Positions 50,175 to 62,530 of a stretch of 64,000 nucleotides of DNA are shown here, one piece after another (position 1 is the stretch's first letter; each line of letters opens with the position of its first letter). The DNA lies in NCBI RefSeq assembly GCF_039654945.1, contig NW_027361688.1:4836001-4900000 (forward strand), read 5' to 3'. Source of the stretch: Dendrobates tinctorius (lineage: Eukaryota). The notes below the pieces were generated by a model. It ran no database searches. It was not told the origin of the DNA and was given only the letters and a program-made list of their open reading frames with translations. Made by a program: the position numbers and the translations under genes.

Positions 50175-53100
50175 CATACTGTATATAGGGGGCTGTGTGT
50201 GGCATACTGTATATAGGGGGCTGTGTGTGGCATGCTGTATATAGGGGGCTGTGTGTGGCATGCTGTATATAGGGGCTGTGTGTGGCATGCTGTATATAGG
50301 GGGCTGTGTGTGGCATACTGTATATAGGGGGCTGTATGTGGCATGCTGTATATAGGGGCTGTGTGGCATGCTGTATATAGGGGGCTGTATGTGGCATGCT
50401 GTATATAGGGGCTGTGTGTGGCATGCTGTATATAGGGGGCTGTGTGTGGCATACTGTATATAGGGGGCTGTATGTGGCATGCTGTAGATAGGGGCTGTGT
50501 GTGGCATGCTGTATATAGGGGGCTGTATGTGGCATACTGTATATAGGGGGCTGTGTGTGGCATGCTGTATATAGGGACTGTGTGTGGCATACTGTATATA
50601 GGGGGCTGTGTGTGGCATACTGTATATAGGGGGATGTGTGTGGCATGCTGTATATAGGGGGCTGTGTGTGGCATACTGTATATAGGGGCTGTGTGTGGCA
50701 TGCTGTATATAGGGGCTGTGTGTGGCATGCTGTATATAGGGGGCTGTGTGTGGCATACTGTATATAGGGGGCTGTATGTGGCATGCTGTATATAGGGGCT
50801 GTGTGTGGCATGCTGTATATAGGGGGCTGTGTGTGGCATACTGTATATAGGGGGCTGTGTGTGGCATGCTGTATATAGGGACTGTGTGTGGCATACTGTA
50901 TATAGGGGGCTGTGTGTGGCATACTGTATATAGGGGGATGTGTGTGGCATGCTGTATATAGGGGGCTGTGTGTGGCATACTGTATATAGGGGCTGTGTGT
51001 GGCATGCTGTATATAGGGGGATGTGTGTGGCATGCTGTATATAGGGGGCTGTGTGTGGCATGCTGTATATAGGGGCTGTGTGTGGCATGCTGTATATAGG
51101 GGGCTGTGTGTGGCATACTGTATATAGGGGCTGTGTGTGGCATGCTGTATATAGCGGGCTGTGTGTGGCATGCTGTATATAGGGGGCTGTGTGTGGCATG
51201 CTGTATATAGGGGCTGTGTGTGGCATGCTGTATATAGGGGGCTGTGTGTGGCATACTGTATATAGGGGCTGTGTGTGGCATGCTGTATATAGGGGGCTGT
51301 GTGTGGCATACTGTATATAGCGGGCTGTGTGTGGCATGCTGTATATAGGGGCTGTGTGTGGCATACTGTATATAGGGGGCTGTGTGTGGCATACTGTATA
51401 AAGGGGGCTGTGTGTGGCATACTGTATATAGCGGGCTGTGTGTGGCATGCTGTATATAGGGGCTGTGTGTGGCATACTGTATATAGCGGGCTGTGTGTGG
51501 CATACTGTATATAGGGGGCTGTGTGTGGCATACTGTATATAGGGGGCTGTGTGTGGCATACTGTATATAGCGGGCTGTGTGTGGCATGCTGTATATAGGG
51601 GCTGTGTGTGGCATACTGTATATAGCGGGCTGTGTGTGGCATACTGTATATAGGGGGCTGTGTGTGGCATACTGTATATAGGGGGCTGTGTGTGGCATAC
51701 TGTATATAGCGGGCTGTGTGGCATGCTGTATATAGGGGCTGTGTGTGGCATGCTGTATATAGCGGGCTGTGTGTGGCATGCTGTATATAGGGGGCTGTGT
51801 GTGGCATACTGTATATAGGGGGCTGTGTGTGGCATGCTGTATATAGGGGCTGTGTGTGGCATGCTGTATATAGGGGGCTGTGTGTGGCATACTGTATATA
51901 GGGGGCTGTGTGTGGCATGCTGTATATAGGGGCTGTGTGTGGCATGCTGTATATAGGGGGCTGTGTGTGGCATACTGTATATAGGGGCTGTGTGTGGCAT
52001 ACTGTATATAGGGGGCTGTGTGTGGCATGCTGTATATAGAGGGCTGTGTGTGGCATACTGTATATAGGGGCTGTGTGTGGCATGCTGTATATAGGGGGCT
52101 GTGTGTGGCATACTGTATATAGGGGCTGTGTGTGGCATGCTGTATATAGGGGGCTGTGTGTGGCATGCTGTATATAGGGGGCTGTGTGTGGCATACTGTA
52201 TATAGGGGGCTGTGTGTGGCATACTGTATATAGGGGGCTGTGTGTGGCATACTGTATATAGGGGGCTGTGTGTGGCATACTGTATATAGGGGCTGTGTGT
52301 GGCATGCTGTATATAGCGGGCTGTATGTGGCATGCTGTATATAGGGGGCTGTGTGTGGCATACTGTATATAGCGGGCTGTGTGTGGCATACTGTATATAG
52401 GGGGCTGTGTGTGGCATACTGTATATAGGGGGCTGTGTGTGGCATACTGTATATAGCGGGCTGTGTGTGGCATGCTGTATATAGGGGCTGTGTGTGGCAT
52501 GCTGTATATAGCGGGCTGTGTGTGGCATGCTGTATATAGGGGGCTGTGTGTGGCATACTGTATATAGGGGGCTGTGTGTGGCATGCTGTATATAGGGGCT
52601 GTGTGTGGCATGCTGTATATAGGGGGCTGTGTGTGGCATACTGTATATAGGGGCTGTGTGTGGCATACTGTATATAGGGGGCTGTGTGTGGCATGCTGTA
52701 TATAGGGGCTGTGTGTGGCATGCTGTATATAGGGGGCTGTGTGTGGCATGCTGTATATAGGGGCTGTGTGTGGCATGCTGTATATAGCGGGCTGTGTGTG
52801 GCATGCTGTATATAGGGGGCTGTGTGTGGCATGCTGTATATAGGGGGCTGTGTGTGGCATACTGTATATAGGGGGCTGTGTGTGGCATACTGTATATAGG
52901 GGGCTGTGTGTGGCATACTGTATATAGGGGCTGTGTGTGGCATGCTGTATATAGGGGCTGTGTGTGGCATACTGTATATAGGGGGCTGTGTGTGGCATGC
53001 TGTATATAGGGGCTGTGTGTGGCATGCTGTATATAGGGGGCTGTGTGTGGCATGCTGTATATAGGGGGCTGTGTGTGGCATACTGTATATAGCGGGCTGT

Positions 53101-53620
53101 GTGTGGCATACTGTATATAGCGGGCTGTGTGTGGCATACTGTATATAGCGGGCTGTGTGTGGCATGCTGTATATAGGGGGCTGTGTGTGGCATGCTGTAT
53201 ATAGGGGCTGTGTGTGGCATGCTGTATATAGGGGGCTGTGTGTGGCATGCTGTATATAGGGGGCTGTGTGTGGCATACTGTATATAGCGGGCTGTGTGTG
53301 GCATACTGTATATAGCGGGCTGTGTGTGGCATACTGTATATAGCGGGCTGTGTGTGGCATACTGTATATAGCGGGCTGTGTGTGGCATGCTGTATATAGG
53401 GGGCTGTGTGTGGCATGCTGTATATAGGGGCTGTGTGTGGCATGCTGTATATAGGGGGCTGTGTGTGGCATGCTGTATATAGGGGGCTGTGTGTGGCATA
53501 CTGTATATAGCGGGCTGTGTGTGGCATACTGTATATAGCGGGCTGTGTGTGGCATACTGTATATAGCGGGCTGTGTGTGGCATGCTGTATATAGGGGGCT
53601 GTATGTGGCATACTGTTTAT
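50175..53620. repeat. 28/27-bp minisatellite (GGGGGCTGTGTGTGGCATRCTGTATATA), with degenerate units back to ~49860
   Basis: Direct tandem repeat; source of the three >1100-aa minus-strand ORFs. Confidence 0.97.
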
Positions 53621-53683
53621 AGGGGCTTTTACAATAGTTGAGGGGTACTGTGTGTGGACACATACTGTATATAGGGGGTGTCA

Positions 53684-54195
53684 GCATCGCTGGCCATCCC
53701 TGTAAAAAATAGAATCAAAATAAAAAATATAGTTATTCTCACCTTCCGACGTCGCGTTCAGCCATCCCGCCTCTCTCCACGCTCCCGGTCCCAGTGATCC
53801 TTTGCATGAATGACCGCGAGATGTCACGGTCTCGAGGGATAACAAAGTCTCGCGGTCATTCGTGCAAAGGATCACTGGGACCGGAGCGTGGAGAGAGGCG
53901 GGATGGCTGAACGCGACGTCGGAAGGTGAGAATAACTATATTTTTTTTTATTATTTTTTACACCTGATCGCTGGTCTCCCACCTGTCACACACAGCGATG
54001 CGTGCTGGCCAGCGGGAGACCAGCGACCAAAGAAATGTCCAGAGGTTTCTTCCAGCGATCAGCGATACCGACAGGGGGGCCGCTCGCTGATCGCTGTCAC
54101 ACACAGCGATCTCGCTGGTGAGATCGCTGTTACGTCACAAAAGTTGTGACTCAGCAGCGATCTCGCTACCGAGATCGCTTAGTGAGACGGGGCCT
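53684..54195. mobile_element. Non-autonomous DNA-transposon remnant with an internal ~100-bp-arm palindrome
   Basis: 53722-53821 is inverted against 53848-53946; followed by AGCGAT/ATCGCT subterminal repeats and the terminus GTGAGACGGGGCCT|TTA. Confidence 0.65.
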
Positions 54196-54199
54196 TTAG

Positions 54200-57099
54200 A
54201 GAAGAGGCTGCAGAACTGGAGCCCTCAGGAAAGCTAGAAGAAGGCGCTATAGACCTGCTCTTCCCTCCGTCATTATGGGCAATGTGAGGTCACTCGGGAA
54301 TAAGATGGACGAACTGTCGGCGCTGACCAGACATCATCGGGAATTAAGGGAGAGCAGCATGTTGCTGTTTACAGAGACCTGGCTCACCGAAGGTACTCCG
54401 GACACTGTTGTCTCGTTGGATGGCTTTAAACTCATTCGCGCGGACAGGACAAGGGAGAGCGGTAAGAGGAAAGGCGGAGGGCTGGCGATATTTGTGAATG
54501 ATAGATGGTGTGACTCTAGGCACATCGTGGTCAAAGAGCAAACATGCTGTAAGGACATTGAGCTATTAGCTGTGGGGATGAGACCTTTTTATTTACCGAG
54601 GGAATTATCGCATGTAATCATGATAGCTGCATATGTCCCCCCTTCTGCGAAAGCTGAGCCGCCACTGAGGTCCTACAATCCACAGTGAGCATGATGCGGT
54701 CCCTTCACCCCCAAGCACTCCTTCTGGTTTCGGGAGACTTCAATCATGTGTCTCCAGCATCCATACTACCCGGTTGCACACAGTATGTTACCTGCCTCAC
54801 TAGAAACAGCAAAACATTGGACTTGTTCTTTGCCAATGTGAGAGGGGCATATGCCTCGTCAGCCCTACCGCCCCTTGGAAGATCGGATCACAACCTAGTG
54901 CACCTCCAACCCGTGTACAAGCCACTTGTACAGAGAGAACCTGCTGTCACTCGCACAGTGAGGATATGGACTGAGGAGAGTGATGATGCTCTGAGAGACT
55001 GCTTTAAAGCAACCACTTGGGAAGTGCTGCAAGATTCCTATGGTTGATGACATGGATGGTCTCACACACTGTATAACGGACTACATTAATTTCTGTGTAG
55101 ACAACACGGTACCCACTAAAGTAGTGAGGTGCTTCTCTAACAATAAACCATGGATCAGCCCCGGAATAAAGGCTCTTCTCAAAGAGAAGAAGTTGGCCTT
55201 CAGATCAGGTGACAAGGGCAGGCTGAGAGAGGTGCAGAAAGATCTGAAGAATCTAATCAGGCAGGGAAAGGCTAATTATAAGAGAAATATTGAACTGAAA
55301 TTGTCACAGAAAAGGATCCATGAAGTCTGGGAGGGTCTAAAGTCTATATCTGGGCATAGACAGACTGTCTCCAGGATGGTTGTAGATAAAGAGGGGCTTA
55401 ATGAACTTAATCTATTCTTTAACAGATTTAATCACACACTGGCTGCTCCTGCCCTTGCATACCATTCACACCTCTCTGCTACAATAACCTCACCCCCGCT
55501 GCAACTTGTCAACTGAGCCAGGGTCTGTTCTTTACAAGTACCCAGGTTGCAAAAGAACTGGATAAGATCAAAGTTTTGAAGGCTGCAGGTCCTGACAGCA
55601 TCAGTGCAAGGCTAATCAGAACCTGCGGGCACCAGCTGAGTGAGATCATTACATATCTGTTCAATATGAGCCTGAGAATAGGTATAGTACCACAAATGTG
55701 GAAATTATCGTGTGTGGTACCAGTTCCGAAGAAACCTTATCCGAAAGACCTTAATGACTATAGACCTGTAGCATTGACATCACACCTGATGAAGGTACTA
55801 GAGAGATTGGTTCTCACACGTCTCCGTCCTCTAGTGAGCTCGGATATGGACCCTCTCCAGTTTGCCTACAGGCCGGGCATTGGTGTGGATGATGCCATTA
55901 TCCACCTTCTAGATAGGACTCTCACCTGGAGAAACCTGGGAACACTGTGAGAATAATGTTCTTCAATTTCTCTAGTGCTTTTAATACCATACAGCCAGGT
56001 CTACTGAGAGACAAGCTGGGCCTTGTTGGCGTGGACCTCCAACTCTCCTCCTGGATCCTTAACTACCTCACGAGCCAACCTCAGTTTGTAAAGGATCGGG
56101 ACAGTGTGTCAGACACGGTGATCTGCAATACAGGGGCACCTCAAGGTACAGTTCTTGCCCCTTTTCTCTTCACACTGTACACTGCGGATTTTAAGTGCAA
56201 CTCATCTAGCTGCGACTTGCAGAAGTATTCTGATGACTCTGCAATAGTAGGTCTCATCACAGGAGGAGATGAAAGAGAGTACAGAGATACTAACCAAGCT
56301 TTTGTGGAGTGGTGTCAGAGGAACCACCTTAGGATGAATTCCGGGAAGACCAAGGAATTGGTGGTGGACTTTCGCAAGGGAAAAAATCCACCAGTAGTGG
56401 TGAACATTCAGGGAAATGACATTGAGATAGTCAACACCTATAAGTACCTTGGTGTGATCCTCAATAATAAGCTTGACTGGGCCCATCACTTGGATGCAGT
56501 GTACAGGAAGGGCCACAGTAGGCTTTATCTGCTCAGAAGGCTGAGAGCCTTCGGAGTTAGGGGGGCACTCCTTGCATCCTTCAACTCTGTTGTGGCATCA
56601 GTCATCTTCTTTGGTGTGGCGTGCTGGGGTAGTGGCATATCAACCAGGGACAGGAATAGGCTGGACAAACTGATTAGAAGGGCCAGCTCTGTCCTGGGAG
56701 GCCCCCTTGATCCAGTTCAGGAAGTAGGCGACAGGAGGATACTGGCCAAGGTGAGCTACATGGTGCAGAATGATTCCCATCCCATGCATGAGCCCGTGAC
56801 AAAGATGTGCAGTACTGTCAGTGACCGGCTACTTCATCCTAAATGTGAGCGGGAGCGCTATCGAAAGTCCTTCCTTCCTGCTGCAGTTAGGCTGTATAAC
56901 CAGCACTGTCCAAAACGGAGAACGACCCAAACAGTGAACTGATAGATCCAAAGTTGTGATAGTCCGGTTATATCTTTTTCCGTATATGTACCTACCTACT
57001 GTCAGTGTAATGCCTGTATGCATCTGTATCTGTACTTGTTCCTGCCTTGCTGCTGTAATGCTCTGAATTTCCCCATGGTGGGACGATTAAAGGATTATC
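54200..57099 (+). mobile_element. Rex1/Babar-like LINE, near full-length APE+RT, frameshifted
   Basis: APE motifs GNVRSL, FTETWL, GDFNH and SDH; RT motifs KAAGPD, DYRPVALTS, QFAYR, GAPQG and KYSDDS spread over five broken ORFs; 3' end AATTTCCCC...GGGACGATTAAAG. Confidence 0.85.
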
Positions 57100-57295
57100 A
57101 ATGATACAATTATTATAGGTTAATAAGGGACATCCGGCCCGGTGACCCCGGTAGCCGCCGGCGGTGTGAGGTCTGCGCAGGTCTCAGCCGCGGGATGTCA
57201 TCCGTAACATTTCTCTTCACTGACGAGCAGAGATCCCGACAACCATGAGGACGTTACAGACCCATTTATTAAAAATATAAAACTTTATTCTCTCG

Positions 57296-57901
57296 TCAGC
57301 TGAAGAAAATCTCCCGGACGTATTTTAGGGGGTCGTTGTCCGGGTCGTCAGAGTCATGACACGATGGCGGCTTGGTCTGAGGTCTCTCGGATCGGGCGGC
57401 GGTCGGAGGCGGCTCCTCGTGGCCGGCAGCGGGGGAGGCCGCCTCTTCGTCTGCTCCAGCTTTGCTCTTCTCCTCGTCTTCTCTCTGTCCTTTACTCTAG
57501 AACAGAAGGAGACATGATACAAACCTCGGTCACAGCAGGCGCAATACTGGGGGTAGGTGTGACGCGCCTCGGGGTGGTGACCTCTGACCTATCCCACCAT
57601 TGTGTACAGTGGCGCCCCCTCATGGCGCAGTACCTGGCTCAGGACCTCCAGGGCGCACTCCACCAGCTCCTTCTCATTCATACAATACACCGTCCTCTTC
57701 CTGGAAGAAACGGAACTAAAAACATAAAAAAAGTCAGACGAGCACATGCAGAGGACCCCTACAGTCCGAGACCCCCAGAGCTCACACTTGTGTCTTCCTC
57801 CTCCGCGGCTCTGCGCTGCGCGGCTTCCTGGGAGCGGAGTTATCATCGGTCATCCAGGAGGGGAGCAGGCGCCTCTTCACTGCGGAGCCAGCGCCGGCCA
57901 T
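57296..57901 (-). CDS. CYREN: CYREN / MRI (cell-cycle regulator of NHEJ); exons 57901-57786, 57715(or 57700)-57634 and 57496-57296; 132 or 127 aa
   Basis: Manual translation: MAGAGSAVKRRLLPSWMTDD... (Ku-binding motif), ...RTVYCMNEKELVECALEVLSQ, and SKGQREDEE...DPLKYVREIFFS* (XLF-like motif). Introns are GT-AG with compatible phases (2, then 0); AATAAA on the minus strand at 57284-57289 and 57265-57270; acceptor TTCTTTCTTAG 4 nt before the ATG. Confidence 0.93.
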
Positions 57902-57949
57902 GTCACTAAGAAAGAACTACTGGTACTGTCTCACCCATAACAATGACAG

Positions 57950-58916
57950 CCACAGCGCCCCCGTAATCATTACAGCACCCCATAATTACAGCCTCTACAT
58001 ATTACAGCGCCCCCATACTCATTACAGCGCCCCGTAATCATTACAGCACCCCCATACTCATTACAGCGCCCCGTAATCATTACAGCACCCCCATACTCAT
58101 TACAGCACCCCCATACTCATTACAGCACCCCCATACTCATTACAGCACCCCATAATCATTACAGCACCCCATAATCATTACAGCACCCCCATACTCATTA
58201 CAGCACCCCATAATCATTACAGCACCCCCATACTCATTACAGCACCCCCATACTCATTACAGCACCCCCATACTCATTACAGCACCCCCATAATCATTAC
58301 AGCACCCCCATACTCATTACAGCACCCCAATACTCATTACAGCACCCCAATACTCATTACAGCGCCCCGTAATCATTACAGCACCCCAATACTCATTACA
58401 GCGCCCCGTAATCATTACAGCACCCCAATACTCATTACAGCGCCCCGTAATCATTACAGCACCCCAATACTCATTACAGCGCCCCGTAATCATTACAGCA
58501 CCCCAATACTCATTACAGCGCCCCGTAATCATTACAGCACCCCAATACTCATTACAGCGCCCCGTAATCATTACAGCACCCCAATACTCATTACAGCACC
58601 CCGTAATCATTACAGCCCCCATACTCATTACAGCGCCCCGTAATCATTACAGCACCCCCATAATCATTACAGCACCCCCATAATCATTACAGCACCCCCA
58701 TAATCATTACAGCACCCCCATAATCATTACAGCGCCCCGTAATCATTACAGCACCCCCATAATCATTACAGCACCCCCATAATCATTACAGCACCCCCAT
58801 AATCATTACAGCACCCCCATACTCATTACAGCACCCCCATACTCATTACAGCACCCCCATAATCATTACAGCACCCCCATAATCATTACAGCGCCCCCAT
58901 ACTCATTACAGCACCC
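57950..58916. repeat. 20/19-bp minisatellite (CATTACAGCACCCCCATACT)
   Basis: Direct tandem repeat immediately upstream of the first coding exon of CYREN. Confidence 0.95.
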
Positions 58917-59420
58917 CAGGCCCGGATTGGCAATATAACCAACTGGGCATTTTCCCGCTGGGCCGCTGTCACGTGGGCCGCGGGTGGCCGCTTGCCAGCT
59001 GCTGCGGCCACTGTTGCTCCTGCCGCTGGCCCGGCGGTGATAGTTTCAAGTTCCTCCCGCACTGCAGGGAGATAAGCCGCCACGCCTCCCCCAACGCACC
59101 CCATCCTCGCCTTAGCATGAGACCCCCGCCCCCTCCGCAGCCACTCACAGCGTCGCACTCGCTTGCCTGCTGGCTCTGTTCGCAGGACCTGTGATGAGGT
59201 CACAGGAGGGGAGGAGTCAGGGGGTCACATGATCAGGAGCCTTTGTCCAGACCCCCGATCATATCACCCCTGACTCCGCCCCTCCTGTGACCTCATCACA
59301 GGTCCTGTGCGCTCAGCCTTGCCTCTACCGTCTGCAAGACTCTGCTTTGCTGTTGTCATGGTACTGGTTGAGGTAAGTATGTGTGGGGTCAGGATTTACA
59401 GTGTGGATGTAGCAGAGCTG
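58917..59420. mobile_element. Probable end of a non-autonomous DNA transposon with an internal hairpin (59183-59307); second copy at 62036-62530
   Basis: CAGGCCCGGATT start; inverted CAGGACCTGTGATGAGGTCACAGGAGGGG / CCCCTCCTGTGACCTCATCACAGGTCCTG; runs into an internal minisatellite. The transposon call is inference. Confidence 0.5.
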
Positions 59421-61281
59421 TGTGTGTACGAGGTGTACGGAGCGGAGCCGCGTGTGTACGAGGTGTACGGAGCGGAGCCGCGTGTGTGCGAGGTGTACGG
59501 AGCGGAACCGCGTGTGTACGAGGTGTACGGAGCGGAACCGCGTGTGTACGAGGTGTACGGAGCGGAACCGCGTGTGTACGAGGTGTACGGAGCGGAACCG
59601 CGTGTGTACGAGGTGTACGGAGCGGAACCGTGTGTGTACGAGGTGTACGGAGCGGAACCGTGTGTGTACGAGGTGTACGGAGCGGAACCGTGTGTGTACG
59701 AGGTGTACGGAGCGGAACCGTGTGTGTACGGAGCGGAACCGTGTGTGTACGAGGTGTACGGAGCGGAACAGTGTGTGTACGAGGTGTACGGAGCGGAACC
59801 GTGTGTGTACGGAGCGGAACCGTGTGTGTACGAGGTGTACGGAGCGGAACAGTGTGTGTACGAGGTGTACGGAGCGGAGCCGTGAGTGTACGAGGTGTAC
59901 GGAGCGGAGCCGTGAGTGTACGAGGTGTACGGAGCGGAGCCGTGAGTGTACGAGGTGTACGGAGCGGAGCCGTGAGTGTACGAGGTGTACGGAGCGGAGC
60001 CGTGAGTGTACTAGGTGTACGGAGCGGAGCCGTGAGTGTACGAGGTGTACGGAGCGGAGCCGTGTGTACGAGGTATACGGAGCGGAACCGTGTGTGTACG
60101 AGGTGTACGGAGCGGAACCGTGTGTACGAGGTATACGGAGCGGAGCCGTGAGTGTACGAGGTGTACGGAGCGGAGCCCTGTGTGTACGAGGTGTACGGAG
60201 CGGAGCCGTGAGTGTACGAGGTGTACGGAGCGGAACCGTGTGTGTACGAGGTGTACGGAGCGGAACCGTGTGTGTACGAGGTGTACGGAGCGGAACCGTG
60301 TGTGTACGAGGTGTACGGAGCGGAGCCGTGAGTGTACGAGGTGTACGGAGCGGAACCGTGTGTGTACGAGGTGTACGGAGCGGAAGCGTGTGTGTACGAG
60401 GTGTACGGAGCGGAGCCGTGAGTGTACGAGGTGTACGGAGCGGAGCCCTGTGTGTACGAGGTGTACGGAGCGGAGCCGTGAGTGTACGAGGTGTACGGAG
60501 CAGAGCCCCGTGTGTACGAGGTGTACGGAGCGGAGCCGTGTGTGTACGAGGTGTACGGAGCGGAGCCGTGTGTGTACGAGGTGTACGGAGCAGAGCCGTG
60601 AGTGTACGAGGTGTACGGAGCAGAGCCCCCTGTGTGTACGAGGTGTACGGAGCGGAGCCGTGAGTGTACGAGGTGTACGGAGCGGAGCCGTGAGTGTACG
60701 AGGTGTACGGAGCAAAGCCGTGAGTGTACGAGGTGTACGGAGCAAAGCCGTGAGTGTACGAGGTGTACGGAGCAAAGCCGTGAGTGTACGAGGTGTACGG
60801 AGCGGAGCCGTGAGTGTACGAGGTGTACGGAGCGGAGCCGTGAGTGTACGAGGTGTACGGAGCGGAGCCGTGAGTGTACGAGGTGTACGGAGCGGAGCCG
60901 TGAGTGTACGAGGTGTACGGAGCGGAGCCGTGAGTGTACGAGGTGTACGGAGCGGAGCCGTGAGTGTACGAGGTGTACGGAGCGGAGCCGTGAGTGTACG
61001 AGGTGTACGGAGCGGAGCCGTGAGTGTACGAGGTGTACGGAGCGGAGCCGTGAGTGTACGAGGTGTACGGAGCGGAGCCGTGAGTGTACGAGGTGTACGG
61101 AGCGGAGCCGTGAGTGTACGAGGTGTACGGAGCGGAGCCGTGAGTGTACGAGGTGTACGGAGCGGAGCCGTGAGTGTACGAGGTGTACGGAGCGGAGCCG
61201 TGAGTGTACGAGGTGTACGGAGCGGAGCCGTGAGTGTACGAGGTGTACGGAGCGGAGCCGTGAGTGTACGAGGTGTACGGA
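59421..61281. repeat. 30-bp minisatellite (GTGTACGAGGTGTACGGAGCGGAGCCGTGA)
   Basis: Direct tandem repeat, period 30. Confidence 0.97.
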
Positions 61282-62035
61282 GCACCCCCATACTCATTAC
61301 AGCACCCCCATACTCATTACAGCACCCCCATACTCATTACAGCACCCCCATACTCATTACAGCACCCCCATACTCATTACAGCACCCCATAATCATTACA
61401 GCACCCCATAATCATTACAGCACCCCCATACTCATTACAGCACCCCATAATCATTACAGCACCCCCATACTCATTACAGCACCCCCATACTCATTACAGC
61501 ACCCCCATACTCATTACAGCACCCCCATAATCATTACAGCACCCCCATACTCATTACAGCACCCCCATACTCATTACAGCACCCCAATACTCATTACAGC
61601 ACCCCAATACTCATTACAGCACCCCAATACTCATTACAGCGCCCCGTAATCATTACAGCACCCCAATACTCATTACAGCGCCCCGTAATCATTACAGCAC
61701 CCCAATACTCATTACAGCGCCCCGTAATCATTACAGCACCCCAATACTCATTACAGCGCCCCGTAATCATTACAGCACCCCAATACTCATTACAGCGCCC
61801 CGTAATCATTACAGCACCCCAATACTCATTACAGCACCCCGTAATCATTACAGCCCCCATACTCATTACAGCGCCCCGTAATCATTACAGCACCCCCATA
61901 ATCATTACAGCACCCCCATAATCATTACAGCACCCCCATAATCATTACAGCACCCCCATAATCATTACAGCACCCCCATAATCATTACAGCACCCCCATA
62001 ATCATTACAGCACCCCCATACTCATTACAGCACCC
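61282..62035. repeat. 20/19-bp minisatellite, duplicated copy
   Basis: Same unit and the same order of variant units as in 57950-58916. Confidence 0.95.
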
Positions 62036-62530
62036 CAGGCCCGGATTGGCAATATAACCAACTGGGCATTTTCCCGCTGGGCCGCTGTCACGTGGGCCGC
62101 GGGTGGCCGCTTGCCAGCTGCTGCGGCCACTGTTGCTCCTGCCGCTGGCCCGGCGGTGATAGTTTCAAGTTCCTCCCGCACTGCAGGGCGATAAGCCGCC
62201 TCCCCCCACGCACCCCATCCTCGCCTTAGCATGAGACCCCCGCCCCTCCGCAGCCACTCACAGCGTCGCACTCGCTTGCCTGCTGGCTCTGTTCGCAGGA
62301 CCTGTGATGAGGTCACAGGAGGGGAGGAGTCAGGGGGTCACATGATCAGGAGCCTTTGTCCAGACCCCCGATCATATCACCCCTGACTCCGCCCCTCCTG
62401 TGACCTCATCACAGGTCCTGTGCGCTCAGCCTTGCCTCTACCGTCTGCAAGACTCTGCTTTGCTGTTGTCATGGTACTGGTTGAGGTAAGTATGTGTGGG
62501 GTCAGGATTTACAGTGTGGATGTAGCAGAG

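Noticed and set aside
50095-53687. Three >1100-aa minus-strand ORFs
   Set aside because: 28/27-bp repeat lacking stops on that strand; indels are unconstrained.
43283-57901. In-frame CYREN-TRIM fusion by read-through splicing (same strand, acceptor-like site before the TRIM ATG)
   Set aside because: The acceptor leaves 2 nt before the ATG and needs a phase-1 donor; the CYREN donors are phase 2 and phase 0, so any fusion would be out of frame.
57325-57940. ORF-track entries 57325-57522, 57364-57909, 57589-57846 and 57746-57940 as separate genes
   Set aside because: They are wrong-frame, antisense or intron-including readings of the CYREN exons.
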